DNA of 64,000 nt, taken from contig NEEC01000247.1 of the NCBI GenBank assembly GCA_002189035.1, forward strand, positions 1 through 64,000. The letters are read 5' to 3'. The translations under genes were made by a program, and so were the position numbers. Below the pieces are notes generated by a model. That model did no database searches and had not been told where the DNA came from. It worked only from the letters and a program-made list of their open reading frames with translations. This DNA is from Utricularia gibba (lineage: Eukaryota > Plantae > Magnoliophyta). This document shows positions 55,373 to 64,000 of the stretch, in pieces. Each line of letters opens with the position of its first letter. The first letter of the stretch is position 1.

Positions 55373-57816
55373 GAAACCATTTGGGTGCTCATGACATCCT
55401 AACTTCAATAAATGCATCACGATTTTCGTTGAATAGGACCCGATTGGGCGCAGGAGTCGAACCGAACCTTGGGTCCGGATGAACTTCCCAACGAAAGCAC
55501 CCACCAAAAAACGACAAGCTTTTCCTTCAGAAACAATGTAGCAGCTGCCGAAAACCCAACGTTAATAAATGGATCACTTTTTTTGCCGGGCTACAAATGA
55601 CTATGGCCCGATTTCGACAAGACCTCCGGCCCGATCCTAGTGCCCCTCGAGAGCGCCTCCTCAAATATAAAGCTTGTGGATGAGAAACCATTTGGGGTGC
55701 TCATGACATCCTAACTTCAATAAATGCATCACGATTTTCGTTGAATAGGACCCGATTGGGCTCAGGAGTCGAACCGAACCTTGGGTCCGGATGAACTTCC
55801 CAACGAAAGCACCCACCCAAAAACGACAAGCTTTTCCTTCAGAAACAATGTAGGCAGCTGCCGAAAACCCAACGTTAATAAATGGATCACTTTTTTTTGC
55901 CGGGCTACAAATGACTATGGGCCCGAGCCCGACCCGACCTCCGGCCCGATCCTGGTGCCCCTCGAGAGCGCCTCCTCAAATATAAAGCTTGTGGATGAGA
56001 AACCATTTGGGGTGCTCATGACATCCTAACTTCAAAAATGCATTTGATTTTCGTGAATAGGACCCGATTGGCTCAGGAGTCGAACCGAACCTTGGTTCGG
56101 ATGAACTTCCCAATGAAAGCACCAACCAAAAACGACAAGCTTTTCCTTCAGAAACCATGTAAGCAGCTGCCGAAAACCCAACGTTAATAAATGGATCACT
56201 TTTTTTCCCGGGCTACAAATGACTATGGGCCCGAGCCGACCGACCTCCGGCCCGATCCTGGTGCCCCTCGAGAGCCTCCTCAAATATAAAGCTTGTGGAT
56301 GAGAAAACCATTTGGGGTGCTCATGACATCCTAACTTCAATAAATGCATCACGATTTTCGTCAAATAGACCCGATTGGCTCAGGAGTCGAACCGAAACTT
56401 GGGTCGGACGAAGTTCCCAACGAAGCACCCACCCAAAAAAGACAAGCTTTTCCTTCAGAAACAATGTAGGCAGCTGCCGAAAACCCAACGTTAATAAATG
56501 GATCACTTTTTTTGCCGGGCTACAAATGACTATGGGCCCGATTTCGACAAGACCTCCGGCCGATCCTAGTGCCCCTCGAGAGCGCCTCCTCAAATAAAAA
56601 GTATGTGGTTGGAAAACCATTTGGGGTGCTCATGACATCCTAACTTCAATAAATGCATCACGATTTTCGTTGAATAGGACCCGATTGGGCTCAGGAGTCG
56701 AACCGAACCTTGGGTCCGGATGAACTTCCCAACGAAAGCACCCACCCAAAAACGACAAGCTTTTCCTTCAGAAACAATGTAGCAGCTGCCGAAAACCCAA
56801 CGTTAATAAATGGATCACTTTTTTGCCGGGCTACAAATGACTATGGGCCCGACCTCCGGCCGATCCTGGTGCCCCTCGAGAGCGCCTCCTCAAATATAAA
56901 GTTGTGGATGGAAAACCATTTGGGGTGCTCATGACATCCTAACTTCAATAAATGCATCACGATTTTCGTTGAATAGGACCCGATTGGGCAGGAGTCGAAC
57001 CGAACCTTGGGTCCGGATGAACTTCCCAACGAAAGCACCCACCCAAAAACGACAAGCTTTTCCTTCAGAAACAATAGGCAGCTGCCGAAAACCCAACGTT
57101 AATAAATGGATCACTTTTTTTGCCGGGCTACAAATGACTATGGGCCCGACGCGACCTCCGGCCGATCCTGTGCCCCTCGAGAGCGCCTCCTCAAATATAA
57201 AGCTTTGGATGAGAAAACCATTTGGGGTGCTCATGACATCCTAACTTCAAAAAATGCATCACGATTTTCGTGAATAGGACCCGATTGGGCTCAGGAGTCG
57301 AACCGAACCTTGGGTCGGATGAACTTCCCAACGAAAGCACCAAAAAAACGACAAGCTTTTCCTTCAGAAACAATGTAGGCAGCTGCCGAAAACCCAACGT
57401 TAATAAATGGATCACTTTTTTTGGCTACAAATGACTATGGGCCCGAGCCGACCGACCTCCGGCCCGATCCTGGTGCCCTCGAGAGCGCCTCCTCAAATAT
57501 AAAGCTTGTGGATGAAAACCATTTGGGGTGCTCATGACATCCTAACTTCAAAAAATGCACGATTTTCGTCAATAGGACCGATTGGCTCAGGAGTCGAAAC
57601 GAACCTTGGGTCCGGATGAACTTCCCAACGAAAGCACCCACCCAAAAAACGACAAGCTTTTCCTTCAGAAACCATGTAGGCAGCTGCCGAAAACCCAACG
57701 TTAATTAATGGATCACTTTTTTTGCCGGGCTACAAATGACTATGGGCCCGAGTTCGATAGACCTCCGGCCGATCCTAGTGCCCCTCGAGAGCGCCTCCTC
57801 AAATAAAGCTGGTGAG

Positions 57817-60800
57817 AAAACCATTTGGGTGCTCATGACATCCTAACTTCAATAAATGCATCACGATTTTCGTTGAATAGGACCCGATTGGGCGCAGGAG
57901 TCGAACCGAACCTTGGGTCCGGATGAACTTCCCAACGAAAGCACCCACCCAAAAACGACAAGCTTTTCCTTCAGAAACAATGTAGGCAGCTGCCGAAAAC
58001 CCAACGTTAATAAATGGATCACTTTTTTTTGCCGGGCTACAAATGACTATGGGCCGAGCCCGACCGACCTCCGGCCCGATCCTGGTGCCCCTCGAGAGCG
58101 CCTCCTCAAATATAAAATCTTGTGGATGAGAAACCATTTGGGGTGCTCATGACATCCTAACTTCAAAAAATGCATGATTTTTGTTGAATAGGACCCGATT
58201 GGGCTCAGGAGTCGAACCGAACCTTGGGTCCGGATGAACTTCCCAATGAAAGCACCAAACCAAAAACGACAAGCTTTTCCTTCAGAAACATGTAAGCAGC
58301 TGCCGAAAACCCAACGTTAATAAATGGATCACTTTTTTTCCCGGGCTACAAATGACTATGGGCCCGAGCCCGACCTGACCTCCGGCCCGATCCTGGTGCC
58401 CCTCGAGAGCGCCTCCTCAAATATAAAGCTTGTGGATGAGAAAACCATTTGGGGTGCTCATGACATCCTAACTTCAATAAATGCATCACGATTTTCGTCG
58501 AATAGGACCGATTTGGCTCAGGAGTCGAACCGAAACTTGGGTCGGATGAACTTCCCAACGAAAGCACCCACCCAAAAAGACAAGCTTTTCCTTCAGAAAC
58601 AATGTAGGCAGCTGCCGAAAACCCAACGTTAATAAATGGATCACTTTTTTTGCCGGGCTACAAATGACTATGGGCCCGAGTTCGAAGACCTCCGGCCCGA
58701 TCCTAGTGCCCCTCGAGAGCGCCTCCTCAAATAAAAGCTTGTGGTTGAGAAAACCATTTGGGGTGCTCATGACATCCTAACTTCAATAAATGCATCACGA
58801 TTTTCGTTGAATAGGACCCGATTGGGCGCAGGAGTCGAACCGAACCTTGGGTCCGGATGAACTTCCCAACGAAAGCACCCACCCAAAAACGACAAGCTTT
58901 TCCTTCAGAAAAATGTAGGCAGCTGCCGAAAACCCAACGTTAATAAATGGATCACTTTTTTTGCCGGGCTACAAATGACTATGGGCCCGAGCCCGACCCG
59001 ACCTCCGGCCCGATCCTGGTGCCCTCGAGAGCGCCTCCTCAAATATAAATCTTGTGGATGAGAAACCATTTGGGGTGCTCATGACATCCTAACTTCAAAA
59101 AAATGCATGATTTTTGTTGAATAGGACCCGATTGGGCTCAGGAGTCGAACCGAACCTTGGTCCGGATGAACTTCCCAACGAAAGCACCACCCAAAAACGA
59201 CAAGCTTTTCCTTCAGAAACATGTAAGCAGCTGCCGAAAACCCAACGTTAATAAATGGATCACTTTTTTTCCCGGGCTACAAATGACTATGGGCCCGAGC
59301 CCGACCGACCTCCGGCCCGATCCTGGTGCCCCTCGAGAGCGCCTCCTCAAATATAAAGCTTGTGGATGAGAAAACCATTTGGGGTGCTCATGACATCCTA
59401 ACTTCAATAAATGCATCACGATTTTCGTCAAATAGACCGATTTGGCTCAGGAGTCGAACGAAACTTGGGTGGACGAAGTTCCCAACGAGCACCCACCCAA
59501 AAAAGACAAGCTTTTCCTTCAGAAACCATGTAGCAGCTGCCGAAAACCCAACGTTAATAAATGGATCACTTTTTTGCCGGGCTACAAATGACTATGGGCC
59601 CGAGTTCGATATGACCTCCGGCCCGATCCTAGTGCCCCTCGAGAGCGCCTCCTCAAATAAAAGCATGTGGTTGAGAAAACCATTTGGGGTGCTCATGACA
59701 TCCTAACTTCAATAAATGCATCACGATTTTCGTTGAATAGGACCCGATTGGGCGCAGGAGTCGAACCGAACCTTGGGTCCGGATGAACTTCCCAACGAAA
59801 GCACCCACCCAAAAACGACAAGCTTTTCCTTCAGAAACAATGTAGGCAGCTGCCGAAAACCCAACGTTAATAAATGGATCACTTTTTTTGCCGGGCTACA
59901 AATGACTATGGGCCCGAGCCCGACCCGACCTCCGGCCCGATCCTGGTGCCCCTCGAGAGCGCCTCCTCAAATATAAATCTTGTGGATGAGAAACCATTTG
60001 GGGTGCTCATGACATCCTAACTTCAAAAAATGCATCACGATTTTTTGTTGAATAGGACCCGATTGGGCTCAGGAGTCGAACCGAACCTTGGTCCGGATGA
60101 ACTTCCCAATGAAAGCACCAACCAAAAACGACAAGCTTTTCCTTCAGAAACCATGTAAGCAGCTGCCGAAAACCCAACGTTAATAAATGGATCACTTTTT
60201 TTCCCGGGCTACAAATGACTATGGGCCCGAGCCGACCTGACCTCCGGCCCGATCCTGGTGCCCCTCGAGAGCGCCTCCTCAAATAAAAGCTTGTGGATGA
60301 GAAACCATTTGGGGTGCTCATGACATCCTAACTTCAATAAATGCATCACGATTTTCGTCGAATAGACCGATTGGCTCAGGAGTCGAACCGAAACTTGGGT
60401 TGGACGAACTTCCCAACGAAAGCACCCACCAAAAAAAGACAAGCTTTTCCTTCAGAAACAATGTAGGCAGCTGCCGAAAACCCAACGTTAATAAATGGAT
60501 CACTTTTTTGCCGGGCTACAAATGACTATGGGCCCGAGTCGAAGACCTCCGGCCCGATCCTAGTGCCCCTCGAGAGCGCCTCCTCAAATAAAAAATGTGG
60601 TTGAGAAAACCATTTGGGGTGCTCATGACATCCTAACTTCAATAAATGCATCACGATTTTCGTTGAATAGGACCGATTGGGCGCAGGAGTCGAACCGAAC
60701 CTTGGGTCCGGATGAACTTCCCAACGAAAGCACCCACCCAAAAACGACAAGCTTTTCCTTCAGAAACAATGTAGGCAGCTGCCGAAAACCCAACGTTAAT

Positions 60801-61531
60801 AAATGGATCACTTTTTTTGCCGGGCTACAAATGACTATGGGCCCGAGCCCGACCCGACCTCCGGCCCGATCCTGGTGCCCCTCGAGAGCGCCTCCTCAAA
60901 TAAAAGCTTGTGGATGAGAAACCATTTGGGGTGCTCATGACATCCTAACTTCAAAAATGCATCACGATTTTTGTTGAATAGGACCCGATTGGGCTCAGGA
61001 GTCGAACCGAACCTTGGTCCGGATGAACTTCCCAATGAAAGCACCAACCAAAAACGACAAGCTTTTCCTTCAGAAACCATGTAAGCAGCTGCCGAAAACC
61101 CAACGTTAATAAATGGATCACTTTTTTTCCCGGGCTACAAATGACTATGGGCCCGAGCCCGACCGACCTCCGGCCCGATCCTGGTGCCCCTCGAGAGCGC
61201 CTCCTCAAATAAAGCTTGTGGATGAGAAACCATTTGGGGTGCTCATGACATCCTAACTTCAATAAATGCATCACGATTTTTCGAATAGGACCCGATTGGC
61301 TCAGGAGTCGAACCGAAACTTGGGTCGGATGAACTTCCCAACGAAAGCACCCACCCAAAAACGACAAGCTTTTCCTTCAGAAACAATGTAGGCAGCTGCC
61401 GAAAACCCAACGTTAATAAATGGATCACTTTTTTTGCCGGGCTACAAATGACTATGGGCCCGAGCCCGACCCGACCTCCGGCCCGATCCTGGTGCCCCTC
61501 GAGAGCGCCTCCTCAAATATAAAGCTTGTGG
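57817..61531 (+). repeat. Four consecutive P-Q-R trimers (~930 bp HOR)
   Basis: P (GGGCGCAGG) at ~57893, 58823, 59750 and 60679. Q (TCAAAAAATGC, TTTTTGTTG, CATGTAAG) in the next unit each time. R (GAAACTTGGG) at ~58533, 59461, 60391 and 61316. Marker spacing is 925-930 bp. Confidence 0.8.
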
Positions 61532-64000
61532 ATGAGAAAACCATTTGGGGTGCTCATGACATCCTAACTTCAAAAAATGCATCACGATTTTCGTTGAATA
61601 GGACCCGATTGGGCTCAGGAGTCGAACCGAACCTTGGTCCGGATGAACTTCCCAACGAAAGCACCCAAAAACGACAAGCTTTTCCTTCAGAAACCATGTA
61701 GGCAGCTGCCGAAAACCCAACGTTAATAAATGGATCACTTTTTTTTCCCGGGCTACAAATGACTATGGGCCCGAGCCCGAAGACCTCCGGCCCGATCCTG
61801 GTGCCCCTCGAGAGCGCCTCCTCAAATATAAAGCTTGTGGATGAGAAAACCATTTGGGGTGCTCATGACATCCTAACTTCAATAAATGCATCACGATTTT
61901 CGTGAATAGGACCGATTGGGCTCAGGAGTCGAACCGAACCTTGGGTCCGGATGAACTTCCCAACGAAAGCACCCACCAAAAAAACGACAAGCTTTTCCTT
62001 CAGAAACAATGTAGGCAGCTGCCGAAAACCCAACGTTAATAAATGGATCACTTTTTTTGCCGGGCTACAAATGACTATGGGCCCGATTTCGACCGACCTC
62101 CGGCCGATCCTAGTGCCCCTCGAGAGCGCCTCCTCAAATATAAAGCTTGTGGATGAGAAACCATTTGGGGTGCTCATGACATCCTAACTTCAATAAATGC
62201 ATCACGATTTTCGTTGAATAGGACCCGATTGGGCGCAGGAGTCGAACCGAACCTTGGGTCCGGATGAACTTCCCAACGAAAGCACCCACCCAAAAACGAC
62301 AAGCTTTTCCTTCAGAAACAATGTAGGCAGCTGCCGAAAACCCAACGTTAATAAATGGATCACTTTTTTTGCCGGGCTACAAATGACTATGGGCCCGAGC
62401 CCGACCCGACCTCCGGCCCGATCCTGGTGCCCCTCGAGAGCGCCTCCTCAAATATAAAGTTGTGGATGAGAAACCATTTGGGTGCTCATGACATCCTAAC
62501 TTCAAAAAATGCATCACGATTTTTTGAATAGGACCCGATTGGGCTCAGGAGTCGAACCGAACCTTGGGTCCGGATGAACTTCCCAACGAAAGCACCCCCA
62601 AAAACGACAAGCTTTTCCTTCAGAAACATGTAAGCAGCTGCCGAAAACCCAACGTTAATAAATGGATCACTTTTTTTCCGGGCTACAAATGACTATGGGC
62701 CCGAGCCCGACCGACCTCCGGCCCGATCCTGGTGCCCCTCGAGAGCGCCTCCTCAAATATAAAGCTTGTGGATGAGAAAACCATTTGGGGTGCTCATGAC
62801 ATCCTAACTTCAATAAATGCATCACGATTTTCGTCGAATAGGACCCGATTGGCTCAGGAGTCGAACCGAACCTTGGGTCGGATGAACTTCCCAACGAAAG
62901 CACCCACCCAAAAAAGACAAGCTTTTCCTTCAGAAACAATGTAGGCAGCTGCCGAAAACCCAACGTTAATAAATGGATCACTTTTTTTGCCGGGCTACAA
63001 ATGACTATGGGCCCGAGCCCGACCCGACCTCCGGCCCGATCCTGGTGCCCCTCGAGAGCGCCTCCTCAAATATAAAGCTTGTGGATGAGAAACCATTTGG
63101 GGTGCTCATGACATCCTAACTTCAATAAATGCATCACGATTTTCGTTGAATAGGACCCGATTGGGCTCAGGAGTCGAACCGAACCTTGGGTCCGGATGAA
63201 CTTCCCAACGAAAGCACCAACCAAAACGACAAGCTTTTCCTTCAGAAACAATGTAAGCAGCTGCCGAAAACCCAACGTTAATAAATGGATCACTTTTTTC
63301 CCGGGCTACAAATGACTATGGGCCCGAGCCCGACGACCTCCGGCCCGATCCTGGTGCCCCTCGAGAGCCCTCCTCAAATATAAAGCTTGTGGATGAGAAA
63401 ACCATTTGGGTGCTCATGACATCCTAACTTCAATAAATGCATCACGATTTTCGTTCGAATAGGACCGATTTGGCTCAGGAGTCGAACCGAAACTTGGGTC
63501 GGATGAACTTCCCAACGAAAGCACCCACCCAAAAACGACAAGCTTTTCCTTCAGAAACAATGTAGGCAGCTGCCGAAAACCCAACGTTAATAAATGGATC
63601 ACTTTTTTTGCCGGGCTACAAATGACTATGGGCCCGAGCCCGACCCGACCTCCAGCCCGATCCTGGTGCCCCTCGAGAGCGCCTCCTCAAATATAAATCT
63701 TGTGGATGAGAAACCATTTGGGGTGCTCATGACATCCTAACTTCAAAAAATGCATGTTGATTTTTGTTGAATAGGACCCGATTGGGCTCAGGAGTCGAAC
63801 CGAACCTTGTGTCCGGATGAACTTCCCAATGAAAGCACCAAACCAAAAACGACAAGCTTTTCCTTCAGAAACCATGTAAGCAGCTGCCGAAAACCCAACG
63901 TTAATAAATGGATCACTTTTTTCCCGGGCTACAAATGACTATGGGCCCGAGCCCGACCCGACCTCCGGCCCGATCCTGGTGCCCCTCGAGAGCGCCTCCT

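Larger units (their letters stand above)
1..64000 (+). repeat. Tandem satellite DNA array, ~315-bp monomer, ~208 head-to-tail copies, continuing past both window ends
   Basis: The anchor AAAACCATTTGGGGTGCTCATGACATCCTAACTTCAATAAATGCATCACG recurs every ~300-315 bp from position ~5 to ~63710. No inverted copy and no non-repeat insertion was seen. Mean observed spacing is ~308 bp because many copies lack bases. Confidence 0.99.
53518..64000 (+). repeat. Array domain III: diverged monomers with 3-mer higher-order organisation
   Basis: Alleles essentially confined to this domain include CCCAATGAAAG, ACCAA(A)CC, TTTTTGTTG, CGTCAAATAG, GAAACTTGGG, GGACGAAGTT, AAAAAGACAAG and AAATCTTG. GGGCGCAGG and the A tail reappear. 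Confidence 0.8.

Noticed and set aside
358-63875. Hundreds of 60-318-aa ORFs on both strands
   Set aside because: All are the same few peptides (e.g. KTIWGAHDILTSINASRF, MHLLKLGCHEHPKWF) translated from the satellite. Frames open and close with homopolymer indels, no frame is conserved across copies, and I recognise no protein domain.
1-64000. CRISPR-like array (conserved blocks separated by a variable tract)
   Set aside because: The variable tract has only two or three allelic forms, not unique spacers. The period is ~315 bp and there are no cas genes or leader.
1-64000. 5S rDNA, tRNA or snRNA tandem gene cluster
   Set aside because: I recognise no 5S, tRNA or U-snRNA sequence or Pol III A/B/C boxes. 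The T6-8 run in half 2 is homologous to GATTTTC in half 1, so it is explained by subunit divergence rather than being a terminator.
1-64000. Telomeric repeat tracts
   Set aside because: Only isolated degenerate motifs occur (TTTGGGG, CCTAAC, AAACCC). There is no tandem TTTAGGG, TTAGGG or TTAGG run in the window.

Overview
The whole 64-kb window is one uninterrupted head-to-tail satellite DNA array: about 208 copies (hand count) of a ~315-bp, ~50% GC monomer, all in the same orientation. I see no gene, RNA gene, transposon, CRISPR array or unique DNA. Every ORF in the track is the same few peptides re-read from the repeat. The repeat is nested at several scales: 5-bp micro-repeats (CCCGA/CCGAA), two diverged ~157-bp halves per monomer, and local 2-mer (~625 bp) and 3-mer (~930 bp) higher-order repeats. 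Diagnostic alleles divide the array into three domains (about 1-33.9 kb, 34-53.5 kb and 53.5-64 kb), and the last carries many CpG-type transitions. Monomer length, the 2 x 157-bp build and base composition suggest a plant subtelomeric satellite such as Silene latifolia X43.1/SacI; this is from memory and unverified. Frequent homopolymer indels and bases missing exactly at polymorphic sites suggest a noisy or collapsed long-read consensus, which limits fine-scale conclusions. I found no protein-coding or other novel genetic system; what is interesting here is the array architecture. Coordinates of units and domain edges were read by eye and are approximate.
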